64,000 nt of DNA from Octopus vulgaris (GCA_951406725.2 OX597821.1:75268001-75332000), one strand, 5' to 3'. Counted from the stretch's first letter, positions 1 through 13,365 are shown. Notes: generated from the sequence alone by a model not told the origin. Made by a program: numbers and translations.

Positions 1-121
1 CCTCTACTTGTATATATACATACATATATGGGTACAGGACACCAAAAAAATGTCGAACACAATGAGCTCATTGTGTTATGTATATATGCATATGTATGTA
101 TATATGTATATATGCATATGT

Positions 122-160
<39 letters not shown>

Positions 161-236
161 GCGCGTACGTAGGCTTGCATGCATGTACACATGTACGATG
201 TATGTATGTATATATAAGCAATAATTATAACAATAA

Positions 237-632
237 AGAATATGGAGGCTGGTACATCCTTCAATTTTATTTTACTATGGTGTAACAAAAATAACATGCA
301 GTTCAATGCTATGACATGTCAGACACTCTACCATCGGTCCAACAACAGGCTAAAATCAGAATACACTGGACCAGAAGGCAATACAATCCCTGAGTCAGAG
401 TCGGTGCGTGACCTGGGGCTTCACATGAGCATGATGCAACATTCCATGTGTACTTTATTAAGTTGGCCACACTGTGCAGGCGAGTGGCTGGCTGGATTCT
501 GAGGACTTTCAGAACCAGGAAAAGGGAAGCTCTGCTACTCCTATGGAGGACTTTCGTTCTCTTCTGCTTGGTCTACTGCTCCCAACTATGGTCCCAAGGG
601 AATGTGAAACAAATAGTGGAACTCGAAGCAAC
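237..632 (+). mobile_element. CR1/L2-type LINE ORF2 fragment (post-RT region), frameshifted
   Basis: ORFs 242..502 and 448..735 join to ..NNMQFN..SESVRDLGLHMS..GWILRTFRTR..LLLWRTFV..LVYCSQLWS..ELEA, the 'vrDLG...ilRtF...leYcs.vWsP' pattern of CR1/L2/Jockey-group ORF2. Confidence 0.8.
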
Positions 633-634
633 TA

Positions 635-735
635 CTGGGTTTACAAAGAATAAGTCCTGGGGGCGATTTGCTCGGCTAAAGGCGGTGCTCCAGCATGGCC
701 ACAATCAAATGTGTCTGAAACAAGTAAAAGCGTAA
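635..735 (+). mobile_element. SINE family A, 3' end fragment
   Basis: tacaaagaataagtcctggggg..ggcggtgctccagcatggccac..ctgaaacaagtaaaag matches the 3' end of the copy at 42728-43105. Confidence 0.8.
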
Positions 736-740
736 AAGGA

Positions 741-835
<95 letters not shown>

Positions 836-944
836 ATATATATATATACACACACACACATACACACACACACACATATATATACATTCATACATACATA
901 CATATATATACGTATACAAACATATATATATATATATACACACA

Positions 945-987
<43 letters not shown>

Positions 988-997
988 CCACACACAC
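741..997. repeat. Compound microsatellite (TATC)n-(TA)n-(CA)n
   Basis: Direct reading. Confidence 0.95.
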
Positions 998-1481
998 GTA
1001 TACACGCTATTGTATGTGTTTGTGTTTGTGTGCAATTTATATAATTGTATTCTGAATAGCGATCTAAGAGAAACCGCGTATTGTTTTATATTTCTTCTTC
1101 ACTTGTTGGTTCAGCCTTCGCACAGGTGTGCTATAGATTTTTATGAAATAATTGTGAATGGCAGCTAATAATGTGTAAATAGTAGAAAGGCGAGTGTGGG
1201 AGAAAGTAAGTGTGTGGTAGACAATGTCCCTGTGCTATAGGGAAGCACTAGAGAGAGAGAGAGAGAGGGAGAGAGAGAGAGAGAGAGAGCAGGTGAGTGT
1301 GGGTGTGTGTAACTTTTGTATAGAAACACTCAAATGTGCCCCACCTGATTTAAGGCACGTAGTTAGAAAAACTGGGTGCTCTTCATGTCGCCCTGAAGCA
1401 TAAGTTGTGCACAACACTGCACTCTGTACATTCGCACACGCATTGTATTCCTATTTTCGGCGCTCTAATTGCTCTTTTGTG

Positions 1482-1762
1482 GTTGTTCCTTCTCGAGCCA
1501 TGCCTGGCTCATAAGGGCCGGTTTCCCGGTTTGCTATTGTGTATAGGTTCCCCACCTGGACGGGATGCCAGTCCGTTGCAGGAGAGCTGCAAGATGCAGG
1601 AGGAAAGAGTGAGAGAAAGTTGTGGCGACAGAGTCGGCAGACGTTCGCCATTACCTTCTGCTGGAGCCGCGTGGAGCTTAGGTGTTTCGCTCATAAACAC
1701 ACACATTGCCAGGTCTGAGATTCAAACCCGCTATCCCCCGATCGCGAATCCGCTGCTCTTAA
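1482..1762 (-). mobile_element. tRNA-derived SINE family C, variant with V-domain-like module
   Basis: Minus strand: truncated tRNA head, body tgtgtttatgagcgaaacacctaagctccacg, then cctgcaacggactggcatcccgtccaggtggg resembling the V-SINE domain. Confidence 0.75.
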
Positions 1763-2068
1763 TTCGTCTTCCTGGTCTGATACAAAGATTCTCAATAATA
1801 TTTTTTAAAAAATTCATGGACCCCTTTAATTCTTATTTTACTCGGATGGTCCTTCACAGCCATTTGATGCTTGTGTGTTATAGAAGGATAGTCAATTTAC
1901 TGCTCAAATCTTATATAGACAGCCAAAAGTCATATGGATTCCAATTGAAAACTACTAGTCTAATACCAGTAATTGGCCCCTGTGTGTTTTACCTGAGTTC
2001 ATTCTGGTGAAATATTTGATGGAAGCAGGAATGTTTTCAATATGAACTGGAATGTTTGCTGTTGGTCT

Positions 2069-2441
2069 GTTTGTTTGTTTGTTTGTTGAGCGAAGCGGTC
2101 TTCGTCCCAGAGTGGGAGAAGTCCGAAACGAGGTCCTTTTGCTATTCGTAAGACCCGCAGAAAAGAAAGCAGGTCAACTCCCGACGCCGAGAGCATCGAC
2201 GGATGGATGAATGTGCATCCAGGCTCAGCGGTTGCGTAGGAAGTCGGAAACAAGAAACAGGAAGAAAGAGTGAGAGAAACTTGGAGCGAAGGAGTACAAC
2301 AGGGGTCACACCCCCTGCCAGAGCCTTGTGAAGCTTTAGGTGTTTTCGCTCAATAAACACACACAACGCCCGGTCTGGGAATCGAAACCGCGATCGTCCG
2401 ACCGCGAGTCCGCTGCCCTAACCATTGGGCCATTGCGCCTC
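2069..2441 (-). mobile_element. tRNA-derived SINE family C, full length, (AAAC)n tail, 13-bp TSD
   Basis: A box tggcccaatgg and B box ggtttcgattccc on minus strand; ttgctgttggtct duplicated at 2056-2068 and 2444-2456. Confidence 0.9.
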
Positions 2442-2609
2442 ACTTGCTGTTGGTCTTTCGGCAACAACAAACTGCGACTCCGTTAAGATAGATACATGTT
2501 CGTGATGATCATTTTAACTTCAATGACGAAGTGATCTCTGAGTATCGTAAGCTGGGACAATATTGTGTGTAATATTGTGTGTTTTTAATACATAAGTGTG
2601 AACAGACAC

Positions 2610-3116
2610 AGAACTTAAGACTAAAATAAAAATGAATCCGACCGCCCTCAAAAATTAAGTTAAAAAAATGGAAAAATAATTCAGAATCTTAGTCCGATAC
2701 CAGATCGACGCCAATGGTAGTCATGCCTCAAAATTAAGTTAATGTGAAGGTGGCCGTAGAAAATTTAGTAACAACAACAAATAGTTTACCCTTATTCAAA
2801 ACAAGCCAAAGTTAACAAATTCACCATTCAAAAAAGTTACTGTCTATAGAGAAATGATTGAGAAAGATTTGAGAGTTAACGTAAGATCGTAATCATGTAA
2901 AGTAAAATAAACATAACAAATAATCTAGAATCCTTGTCTGGGACTGGATCGAGCCCAAAATCTTATCCGTTCGTGGCAGTCACGTGGCCAAACATCCCTG
3001 AAAGCTTCATCCGAATTCATCCGGCGGTTCATGAGATATCTTATCCACAGTCAAACAAACGAACAAATGAACGGCTGAAAACATTATCCCTACCTTCGCT
3101 AGGGCAGCGGTAATAA
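2610..3116 (+). mobile_element. Helentron-associated/DINE-1-like non-autonomous element
   Basis: 3' part ttcatccgaattcatccggcggttcatgagatatc..caaacaaacg..gaaaacattatccct..gcggtaataa has typical HINE architecture; 5' boundary uncertain. Confidence 0.55.
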
Positions 3117-3125
3117 CTCGTGTAA

Positions 3126-3637
3126 TCTATATATATAAAACTCTAGTTGTGTGAGTGTCTGTCCCCTTCGATTTAGATTCCTAACTCCTCCCACATTTTG
3201 CGGTGCAGTTTAACCAAATTCGGGTATCTTATAGTCGTGATTAATATCAAGCCCGTCTGGCTATTAGCGCGCGTCTACGATGAGTCGACGATTTTAAAAA
3301 TAATTTAACATCATTTTTTATTCCATTTTAATGCATAAAATGCATCGTGTGTCGATGGCGGCGGAGTTGGCGTCCACGCTCACAGCTGCACCTGTTTGCT
3401 TCTTCCCCTTCCCTCCCTCGTGAAGCTGTGGGGAAGGGAGTGTAAAGAAATCAACGTCGTAATGCGTTGTCAAGGAGACCAGCGTTCTTTTAGAACAACG
3501 ACTTCATGGCTTGAAGACACGAAAACAGAAATGGCTAAGAAAGCCCGAATTGGCATCTATAAGGGAAGTAACTCTCTAAAAATGCTTATATAGTTATTTC
3601 CCTTACAAACCCGAGCAACGCCGGGCGATACTGCTAG
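3126..3637 (+). mobile_element. Non-autonomous Helitron, copy 1
   Basis: A|TC start, subterminal hairpin cccgagcaacgccggg, CTAG end. Confidence 0.9.
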
Positions 3638-4027
3638 TCTTTATATATAAAAGTCAAGTTGTGTGTCTGTCTCCTACGATTTAGATTCCTAACTACTCCA
3701 ACATTTTGCGGTGCAGTTTAACCAAAACCGGGTATCTTATAGTCGTGATTCATATCGAGCCCTTCTGGGTATTAGCGCGCGTCTACGATGAGTCTACGAT
3801 TTTAAAAAAATTTACCATCATTTTTTTCCATTTTAATGAATTTTTTCGCTATTAAAAAAAGTAACTCTCTAAAAATGTCTACGATGAGTCAACGATTTAA
3901 AAAACATTTACCATCATTTTTTTCCATTTTAATGCATTGTTTTGCTATTTTTTGGCTGTAACTCTTTAAAAATGCTTATATAGTTATTTCCCTTACAAAC
4001 CCGAGCAACGCCGGGCGATACTGCTAG
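3638..4027 (+). mobile_element. Non-autonomous Helitron, copy 2 (head-to-tail with copy 1)
   Basis: TC begins immediately after CTAG of copy 1; same hairpin; ends CTAG|T. Confidence 0.9.
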
Positions 4028-4376
4028 TATCTAATATTGTGTAATTACGCCAGTATTCTTGTGACTTTGACTTGATTAAATATGGCACTCGGAGGGCGCT
4101 TGTGCATCTTTCTGATTTCTTTATAATTCTACGATGTATTGTAAATGATTTTGAGGAAACGAAGATTGTAACAGGGTGAATAAACGAGAAAACAAAAGGG
4201 AATATCTGAGAAGAAAATACAATTCAATGAAAGAGAATTTTGGGGAATCGAAAGGAAACATTGAGGGAAGGGAAAAATGGAAATGAGGATTGTGAAGGAT
4301 TTAGAAAAAAGGGGATGTTTAATAAACAAAGAATTAGCGAAAAACTGGAAGAAGAAAATTAAAGTTTTATATAATA

Positions 4377-4889
4377 CTAGCAGTATCACCCGGCGTTGCT
4401 CGGGTTTGTAAGGGAAATAACTATATAAGCATTTTTAGAGAGTTACTTCCCTTATAGATGCCAATTCGGGCTTTCTTAGCCATTTCTGTTTTGGTGTCTT
4501 CAAGCCATAAAGTCGTTGTTCTAAAAGAACGCTGGTCTCCTTGACAACGCTTTACGACGTTGATTTCATTACACTCCCTTCCCAACAGCTTCCCGAGGGA
4601 GGGAAGAAGGGGGAGAAGCAAACAGGTGCAGGTGTGACCATGGACGCCAACTCCGCCGCCATCGACACACGAAAAATTATGCATTAAAATGGAATAAAAA
4701 ATTATGTTAAATTATTTTTAAAATCGTCGACTCATCGTAGACACGCGCTAATACTCAGACGGGCTCGATATGAATCACGACTATAAGATACCCGAATTTG
4801 GTTAAACTGCACTGCAAAATGTGGGAGTAGTTAGGAATCTAAATCGAAGGGGACAGACACTCACACAACTAGAGTTTTATATATAGAGA
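4377..4889 (-). mobile_element. Non-autonomous Helitron, copy 3
   Basis: Reverse complement closely matches copy 1 over its full length, including termini. Confidence 0.9.
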
Positions 4890-5165
4890 TATAGATTGTA
4901 GATGAGAGAGAGAGAGAGAGAGCGAGAGAGAAAAGAGGGAGAGAGAGAGATAGAGAGAGCGAGAGAAAGAGAGAGAGATAAAGAGAGAGAGAGAGAGAAA
5001 AGAAAGAGAGAGAAAGAGAGACAGAGAGGCAGAAAGAGATAGAAAGAGATCGAAAAAGAAAGAAAGCGCAGTTAAGTGAGAGAATAAAGAATGTGAAAGG
5101 TGGAAAATGATTAATATTGAAGGCTAACAGGAAGAATGTGTGTGTGTGTATGTATGTGTGTGTGT

Positions 5166-5207
<42 letters not shown>

Positions 5208-5984
5208 GAAAATTGTTATAAAAAGTGTGTTAGTTACAATTCTTGAAAATAATTGAGATAACCATTCTCACTCAGGTTTACAATAAATTCATCCAACTGT
5301 AAAACTGATTGCAATGGAAGCATTAAAGCTTATTGCAAGTTATACATACGCCTGAAATTGACAACTAAACATGCGAAAATGGATCAGGTCACCTGATAAT
5401 AACTTTGCTGTGGCCGACAATGTTGAAAGTGGAAAGCAGAAATTTAAGTCCAGGGCACAAAATAGACGGAATGCTCCTTGAAATTGAAAGAAGGGTGAAA
5501 AAAAAATAGGTAGTAGTTATTCCTCTTAAACGTGGGTGTTGTGTTAGAACAAACTATACTACGGTAGATGCCATGAGAGAAACTCCCATATTGGCTTTGA
5601 GAGCAAAATACATTCATGTTTATATCGCTAGGAGGGATATAAAAAAAACCCACTACCATCTCCATCAACGCTGAGATTTTCGGATCACATGATTTCGACC
5701 TTCCTTGATTTCGTCAATGATGGAGGCTCGACCGTTGGAGATAGCAGCGACTCAACTCCCCACCAACGATAGAGTTACTGTGCCAGGACAGGTGCTGGTA
5801 TCGCGATTAACCAGTGAAATCGTTAAAAAAATATAGTAAAAATAAAAAGAACGACAGCAAAACGCAAACAAAAGACTTCTCTTCACAGAAAGACAAACGC
5901 AACCGACCCATTGTGGTGGTGATAGCTAAAAGCAAAGTTAAATTTAAGTTACGTTCACAAAACTTAATACTTCTTGTATTCTTG

Positions 5985-6170
5985 TATTTGTTTCAGTCAT
6001 TTGACTGCGGCCATGCTGGAGCACCGCCTGTAGTCGAGCAAATCGACCCCAGGACTTATTCTTTCTAAACCTAGTACTTATTCTATCGGTCTCTTTCTCC
6101 GAGTCACTAGGTTAGGGGGACGTAAACACACCAGTATCGGTTGTGAACTGATGTTGTAGGGACAAACATA
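5985..6170 (-). mobile_element. SINE family A, 3' half
   Basis: ttcagtcatttgactgcggccatgctggagcaccgcc..gggacgtaaacacacc. Confidence 0.85.
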
Positions 6171-6202
6171 CACACATGCATACATACCTACATCCATATA
6201 TA

Positions 6203-6235
<33 letters not shown>

Positions 6236-7119
6236 GTAAAATCCGTTCTGTCTGTCTGTCTGTGTTTCTTCTAGGATCTCGGGCATCCTCCACCCGATTG
6301 ACTGAAACAAATAAAAGAATAAAAATAAATAAATAAAATAATATTTTTTAAACTCTAACACAATAAAAAAAAATTATGCGAGTAATTATCCCTTGCATAC
6401 TAATTGAAGTATTTATTAAGTGGATGGGAAAAATCTGTCACCCAGTTGAACACTCCAACATGATTTTTTGGGGATTATTTTAGTGAAGTCAAGTGTCTTG
6501 CAAATATTCAGGTCTCATCTCGGATTTTAGAATACCCCCTCTCTCTCTCTTTCTCTCTCATCCGTTTCAGAAGTATTGTAACGGACTGGGTACTGCCCTT
6601 CTCTCCTGACTAAAGCTGATTTCAAGGTTCTTCCGAATATTCTTCTAAGGATAACGAAAATTGACTTTACAGTGACGAAGGCATTTTTTGGAGCCAGAGA
6701 TATCATTGTATATGAAGAAGAAAGTAGAAAATATGGCGTATGAAAGAAAGATAAGGAGGAAACGTAGAAAAAAATAATGCAAATTTGTAAAGAGAAAGAA
6801 GGAAGTATTTTAATTTAGGAAACTTAAAGAGATAAAGTGAAGGAAAGTCATTAAGAAAGAATGTAAAAGAGGAACAGCAAGAAAATGAAAGATATTGAAA
6901 AAGGCAGAAGTAATGAGAGAGAGGGGTGATATTTGAGAAGACATATAAGAGGAGCTAAGAAAGAGAGAGTGTGAGAGAGAGAGAGAGAGAGCTAGAAAGA
7001 GATAGAAGTGAAAGAGAAATTTGATTAATAAAAATGGAGATGAGCTGAAGAGAAATGAAAGTCGATAACAGAGAGAGATAAAGGTGATATAAATGTGTGT
7101 ATATATATATATATATATG

Positions 7120-7178
<59 letters not shown>

Positions 7179-7661
7179 GGAGAGAGTGAGAGAGAGAGAG
7201 AGAGAGAAAGAGAGAAATAAGGAATGAAAAGCAAAAGAAGGAAAAAGAGAAAAAGCAACTGATTGAAGGAAAAAATCAGAAAAGAAAAATACTCTGAGAA
7301 TGGATGAAAGTTCAATGGAGCCGAAAGAGAGATGGACAGAGAGAAGTGGTATTTATGAGAAAGATATAAAATATAAGATAGGGAGGGAAAACATGGAAAG
7401 GAGAGATTGGGAGAGAGTCAGAGAGAGAGAGAGGGAGAGAAAGGGAAGAATTAAAAAGGAGAATGAATAAAAACCCAGAGAGATAGAGTTCTAGTAAACG
7501 AAAACTGAGAGGAAATGATGAAAGAGAAGAAACGTAAAGGTGGAAGAGGATTGTAGGGAGTGAGAAAATAGGTGGGGAGAGATTGGGAGAGAGGGGGAGA
7601 AAGAGAGTGGGAGCGAGAACGAGGAAGACAGAGAGAAAACGATGTAGTTATCTTGTCTTAT

Positions 7662-8038
7662 CTTTCACTTGTTTCAGTCAAGAGATTTAGGCCATGCTGG
7701 AGCACCGCCTTTAGTCAAAAAAATCGACCCCAGCACTTATTCTTTGTAAGCCTAGTACTAATTCTAGGGAAATCTTTTGCTGAACCGCTACGTTACGGGG
7801 GACGTAAACACACCAGCATCGGTTGTTAAGCGATGGTGGAGGAACAAACACAAACGCACAAGCATATATATACATACGACGGGCTTCTTTCAGTTTCCGT
7901 CTGCCAAATACACTCACAAGGCTTTGGTTGGTCCGAGGTTATAATAGAAGACACTTGCCCAAGGTGCTACGCTGTGAGACTGAACTCGGAACCATTTGGT
8001 TGGTAAGCATGCTACTTACCACAGTCACTCATGCACCT
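7662..8038 (-). mobile_element. SINE family A, near full length
   Basis: Both halves and the tRNA-like head match 60400-60792. Confidence 0.85.
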
Positions 8039-8061
8039 ATATATATATATATATGTATATA

Positions 8062-8455
8062 CGAGCAAAATGCCCCCCCCCCCGTCCATTGGACGGTGCT
8101 GAGTTATCAAACATTTAAACCAAATTTTCTCAAAACAGCTTGTCCGACCGTCCCATAGGCCTCTCCTTTGAGAAACGCTGCTTTAACCTAAATTTGAGAC
8201 ACCGTGCATTTTTCTCGCGTACGCGTAGTATCGATCCCAACAGCTGATGTACTTGCGCGTACAAATGCACGTTCCTACGGCTTTATCGATCGCATTCTCA
8301 CCTGGAATCGATTTTTGTAATTTTTTTTTCAAGACTTATACACGCCCTGATACCGTCGGCATCTACATATCAAATTTGAGCGCAATCGGATGGAGGATGC
8401 CTGAGATCCTAGAAGACACACAAACTGTCAGACAGAACGGATTTTATACACGAGA
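8062..8455 (-). mobile_element. Non-autonomous Helitron-like element (second family)
   Basis: Minus strand starts tctcgtgtataaaatccgttctgtc and ends with hairpin ccgtccaatggacgg then ctcg|t; a 5' fragment of this family lies at 6236-6300 (+). Confidence 0.6.
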
Positions 8456-9028
8456 ATTTATTAATCACGGCAATTTTTCGACACATCTAGCATCAATTCT
8501 AGCATCAATTCCTCTTTGGTCGGAGACTCAACAACTGGTTCAGGAACACCCGGTTGTGCAGATGATAAATGAATATAAACAACTTGTTAAAATGTCTGTT
8601 CCGCAACGTAGCTGTGCATTTTGTTGAAAGAAAAACAGCCAGACGGAGGAAAGATCTTCATTTATATAAATCAAAAGTAAAATTGCAAATGATAAAAAGA
8701 GAAACGAACACGCAATCCAGTGTATTGAAAACAACCATTAGCAGATATATATATATATATATATATAAAGGAATACAAAAAAATGGGATTAGAACGCAAA
8801 ACATCCAGACAGATAATGCAAAAAAGGGACAAGAAAAACAAGGACAAGTCATTCGGAGTTTTCTTTCCTCAGTGGATTTCCAGATTATCTTTCTAATTTC
8901 AGCTGGTTATACCCGAGATTGCTCCAATCTGGCCAGTCCCAAGGAAAAAACTAAGCAAAGAGTACTAGATCCCTTGGAAGTAAACAGCGAATGTATATGA
9001 AAACAAGGACGGAAAAAAACCCGGAGCA

Positions 9029-9078
<50 letters not shown>

Positions 9079-9085
<7 letters not shown>

Positions 9086-9401
9086 ACCACGTGATCACGT
9101 GACCGACCAGACCATCAGACGTTGTTACACATCGCTGGTCACAATGCGTTCGCATTGTTTTAGCCTTCGAATGACGCCACCCCGCTGGCTAAGCGAGCAG
9201 GCCAACAGAAGAAAGATTGGGAGAAAGAGTGGTGAAAGAGTGGTGAAAGAGTACAGCAGGGATCACCACCCCCTGTCGGAGCCTCGTGGAGCTTTTAGGT
9301 GTTTTCGCTCAATAAACACACACAACGCCCGGTCTGGGAATCGAAACCGCGATCCTCTGACCGCGAGTCCGCTGCCTTAACCACTGGGCCATTGCACCTC
9401 C
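9079..9401 (-). mobile_element. tRNA-derived SINE family C, full length, (GTCACGTGAT)-like tail
   Basis: Same head/body as 2069-2441 but a different 3' module; inserted in (TA)n. Confidence 0.9.
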
Positions 9402-10080
9402 ATATATATATTATGAGCTTCTTTCGGTTTCTGTCTACCAATTCCAATCACAGGTCTTCGGTTGGTTTTTATGAAAGACGACACGTAGCCAAAATGCCAC
9501 ACTTGAAAAGAAACAAATAAAAAAGGAAGGCAAAAGGAAGTATGTAAGAAATGAATGGAAGAAGAATGGAGACTGAAGCAGGGGAATGAAGACAGAGCTA
9601 AACGAAGAAAAGAGCGTTGCAGGAATAAAGAATGAAAGAATGAAAGAACGAAAAACAAAATAACTAAAGAAAAGATGGGGAAAAAATGAAAAAATTGATG
9701 AATGTGAAAAGAAGGAAACTAGAGAAAATAACTGAAGAAGGTGTTGAAGGAAAGAACGAAGAAAAATTTACAAATGAAGAAGAAAAGTGAGAAAGAAGGA
9801 AACAGATAATGGGAGGAAAGAAAGCCAATAGAAATGAGAAAGAAAAGTCTTTGAATGAAAGAATGAAAAACTCATGAAAAAAAAAACGTATAAAATAGTA
9901 GTAGCATTAGTATTAGTAGTAGTGGTGGTGGTGGTGGTCGTCGTCGTCGTCGTTGTGGTGGTACTAATGGGGAGGAGAAAGGTGTTGAGGCGGAGTTCTG
10001 GTAGCAGAATAGGCGGAGGGGGAGGAGAGAACACGTGCGAGTGAGCAGCAAATCTTTCGCATCGAAGCAAGCAGAATGAA

Positions 10081-10173
10081 GCAGAAGAAGCAAGAAGAAG
10101 CAAGAAGAAGAAGAAGAAGAAGAAGAAGAAGAAGAAGAAGAAGAAGAAGAAGAAGAAGAAGAAGAAGAAGAAG
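10081..10173. repeat. (GAA)n microsatellite
   Basis: Direct reading. Confidence 0.95.
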
Positions 10174-10897
10174 AGTGAAGTTAACGAAGAGTCAAAAGTT
10201 AATTTCCCCTCCCACCCACCCGCCTCTCTTTCTCTCTCTCTCTGCCTGTCTTTATTTCTTTCAGTGTTGTTGCATCCACCTTCGCCTCCCACCTCCAATA
10301 AACACATCACTAACTCTGGTAGATGAAACCAGTCGAGCGTAAACTCAACATTTGCCAATTGAAGTCTTCGTTTTGGTCAAGAAAGCTGCTAGCGATAAGT
10401 TTTTATCTTTCTTTCACTACATTTTTACAGCCGCATCTTTCTTCTTCTATCTATGTACGTGTGTGTACGTGCGTGTATGTGTGTGTGTGTTTCGTTATCG
10501 GTAGATTTATGTATCTATGGGCGTTTATGAGCAAGCGTACGAGTGTGGGTTGAACTATCGGTACGGTATTGCCATATTCTCTCCCTCAAAAGCACGTGTG
10601 TGCATGTACGAGGTGTGTGTGTGTGTGTGAGTGTGTTTGTCCATACGAATGTGTACACGTGTGTGTGTGCGTGTGCGCATGCGTCAGTGAGAGAGAGACA
10701 GACAGGGAGAAAGAGTGGGGGAGAGGGGGAATGCGTGTGTATTACCTTTTATCTTCAAATTGCTTCAGTCACTGGACTCTGGCAAGGCTGCAGCACAATG
10801 AATGTATATGTGTACGTACGTACGTATGTATGTGCGTGTGTGTGTTTTTATGTAAGTATGTAAGTATGTATATTTGCATGTATGTTTTTTTCTTTTA

Positions 10898-11092
10898 TTT
10901 GTCTCGGTCATTTGACTCCAACCATGCTGGAGCACCACCTTTAGTCGAACAAATCAACCCCAGCACTTAATTTTTTTGTAAGCCTAATACTTATTCTATT
11001 GGTCTGTTTTTGCCGATCCGCTAAGTTACAGAGACGTAAACACATCAACATCGGTTGTCAAGCGATGGTAGGCGGACAAACACAGACACATA
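10898..11092 (-). mobile_element. SINE family A, 3' half
   Basis: gtcatttgactccaaccatgctggagcaccacctttagtcga..acgtaaacacatcaacatcggttgtcaagcgatgg. Confidence 0.85.
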
Positions 11093-11134
11093 AATACATA
11101 CATACTGACATACATGTATTGCATATATATATAC

Positions 11135-11165
<31 letters not shown>

Positions 11166-11166
11166 C

Positions 11167-11221
<55 letters not shown>

Positions 11222-11226
<5 letters not shown>

Positions 11227-11400
11227 GGAAAGTTTACGAAAATAAACAAAAGACGAAGGCAGGTGGTGTTTTACAAACAAATGTATTAGTATAGCGCTCA
11301 GGAATAGAAAAAGTCTTTTACGTTTCGAGCCTACGCTCTTCTACACAAATATACACAGAAGAAAAACAAGGAGAGAGAAAAAAATGTGTGTAGTAATATA
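11222..11400 (-). mobile_element. Short Penelope-type repeat with degenerate hammerhead-like motif
   Basis: Homologous to 55187-55375; minus strand agaagagcgtaggctcgaaacgtaaaag; lies next to (TA)n. Confidence 0.55.
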
Positions 11401-11455
11401 TAAGAAAAATACGAAAAAAATAAAGTGAAAATGAAAGGAACAGTTTTACGAAAAG

Positions 11456-11491
<36 letters not shown>

Positions 11492-11754
11492 ATACGACGG
11501 GCCTCTTTCAGTTTCCGTCAACCAAATCCTCTCACAAGGCTCTGGTCGGTAAAAGAGACCGATGGAAAAGGTACTAGGCTTACTGAAATAAGTACTAGGC
11601 TTGTTCGACTAGAGGTGGTGCTCAAGCATGGCCGCACTCCAATTAGGTGATATAAATAAAAGAATATATATATATATGGTTGATGCCTCTCTACTCCTTG
11701 CTGTTTTATTCCTCCATCTTTCCCGAAATCCCTTTTTCTCCCCTTCACTGTTTT

Positions 11755-11925
11755 CCGTCCGCAACCAGCAGAACTGAGAAAAACGTCGCAGAATTGAGTT
11801 CAGTTGTGAGGGGAAATCGTCGAATCACCACCCGTCAATTATCAAATATGGTTCAGTTAAGTCCATTACCACTGAAGGTTTGGGTATGAGACGTGTATCT
11901 ACCAAGTCTGTGCCGAAACTTCTAT
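11755..11925 (+). mobile_element. mariner transposase remnant (HTH/linker region)
   Basis: PSATSRTEKNVAELSSVVRGNRRITTRQLSNMV and, in another frame, GLGMRRVSTKSVPKLL (mariner WVPxxL linker). Confidence 0.8.
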
Positions 11926-12142
11926 ATGGGAAGAGAGAAAGTTAGTGAGGGACAGAGAAAAAGAGGGTGTGTGAGAGAGAGAGAGAGAAAGAAGGAAAGA
12001 TAAATTCATAAGTATAATGACAAGCGTTGTCGTGTTTAATACGGCACGTGATCATGAGTGTGCTATCATTTCCGCCTAAAGACGTTCAAGTAGTTAGCTT
12101 CTAACAAATAGCTAATGTTCGATAAAAAGTAATGCAACCGGG

Positions 12143-12436
12143 AGTTGAGCAAAAACACCTGAATTTCCACGAGGTTCCCGTGGGAGGTGGTGGCGAACCC
12201 TGCTCTACACTTTCACCACAACTTTCTCTCACTCTTTCTTACTGTTTCTGTTGTACCTAGATTTCAAAGGGGCCAGCTTTGTAACACTCTGTGTCACGCA
12301 GAATCTCCCAGATAACTACATTAAGAACTACACATATCTGTGGAGTGCTCAGCCACTTGCACGTTAATTTCACGAGCAGGCTATTCCGTTGATAGGATCA
12401 GCTAAAACCCTCGTCGTTGTAACCGACGGAGTGCCA
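12143..12436 (+). mobile_element. SINE family C, headless, with another distinct 3' module
   Basis: Body gagcaaaaacacctgaatttccacgagg..cacaactttctctcactctttc is shared; downstream sequence is unlike other copies. Confidence 0.7.
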
Positions 12437-13066
12437 TGATATAAGTGTAGGTATATATAATGTGTACAAATACGTATATATGTATCTAGGAAGAGAGAGA
12501 GAGGGAGAAAGAGAGAGTGTGTGTGCGGGGAGGAGGAGAGCGAGAACGAAAGAAGTTAGATGGAGGGTGAGGAAGAATTAGATAGACAGATACGAGTCAT
12601 CTTTGCATTTATGAAAGTGGCAAATATTAAGGAACTCCCCAGAGAATCTGTAGATTTTTATCCACTTTGCATTGTAAATATGCTTAAGTTTCTGTCAAAT
12701 TTACCAGGTCTTTAATGTTCCATTTAAAATAATCATACAATAATTAAAATGTCTCTTTCAAAACAAACTTATTATTCTAATTTCTAATTCCAAATAACAG
12801 TATGAATTCCATGATGTATAAAATTAACACAGAAGAATGAAGCAAAGAAAAATAAACATTTCGTTACACAGAAGTATAAATTATAGGTGAACCAAGCTAA
12901 TGAGACGCCTGTAATTACATCCTGCGGTTTTAAAACTTAAATTGTATTGTATAATGAAGTCGTTCCCCACTGTAAACGAAGTCTACCCTCGTGCAAGAAT
13001 TCAAAAATAATTCAAACCACAATAAGGTGGTGGATCTTCCCATGCAGTGTTCGAATATATATGTAT

Positions 13067-13363
13067 ATCTGTAAATATAGTATGTGACAATTATTCGGTA
13101 GCCATGATAAAACTCGGAGTTTCGGATGTCGGGGTGGAAACCCACGCCGCTATTTCTTCAGTTATCCGGCCATCGAAAAGCTGGTATGAAAAAACTGGAT
13201 AACTGAAGAGATAGCGGAGTGGTTTTTCGCCCCGATATCCGAAACTCGGTGTTTTATCATGGCTACCAAATAATTGTCACATACTATATTTACAGATAAA
13301 TTCGTCTATTTACATAATATCGAGGTTTCTTTTATTCTTTTGTTGTCTTCTTACCATTTCTAT

Positions 13364-13365
<2 letters not shown>
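13067..13365 (+). mobile_element. Fold-back Penelope-type element, ~100-bp inverted arms
   Basis: 13067-13167 is the reverse complement of 13197-13297; each arm carries a hammerhead motif. Confidence 0.7.
13197..13258 (+). ncRNA. Type I hammerhead ribozyme motif
   Basis: gataa-CTGAAGA-gata..tatc(c)-GAAA-ctcggt-GTT-ttatc; stem I gataa/ttatc. Confidence 0.65.

Noticed and set aside
1405-2010. 201-aa ORF with a signal-peptide-like start
   Set aside because: Largely the antisense of a SINE family C copy; non-ATG start and no recognisable domain
9960-10440. Promoter-like segment with GC box and CACGTG (similar hint at 54460-54520)
   Set aside because: Short motifs alone, with no identifiable downstream exon, are insufficient
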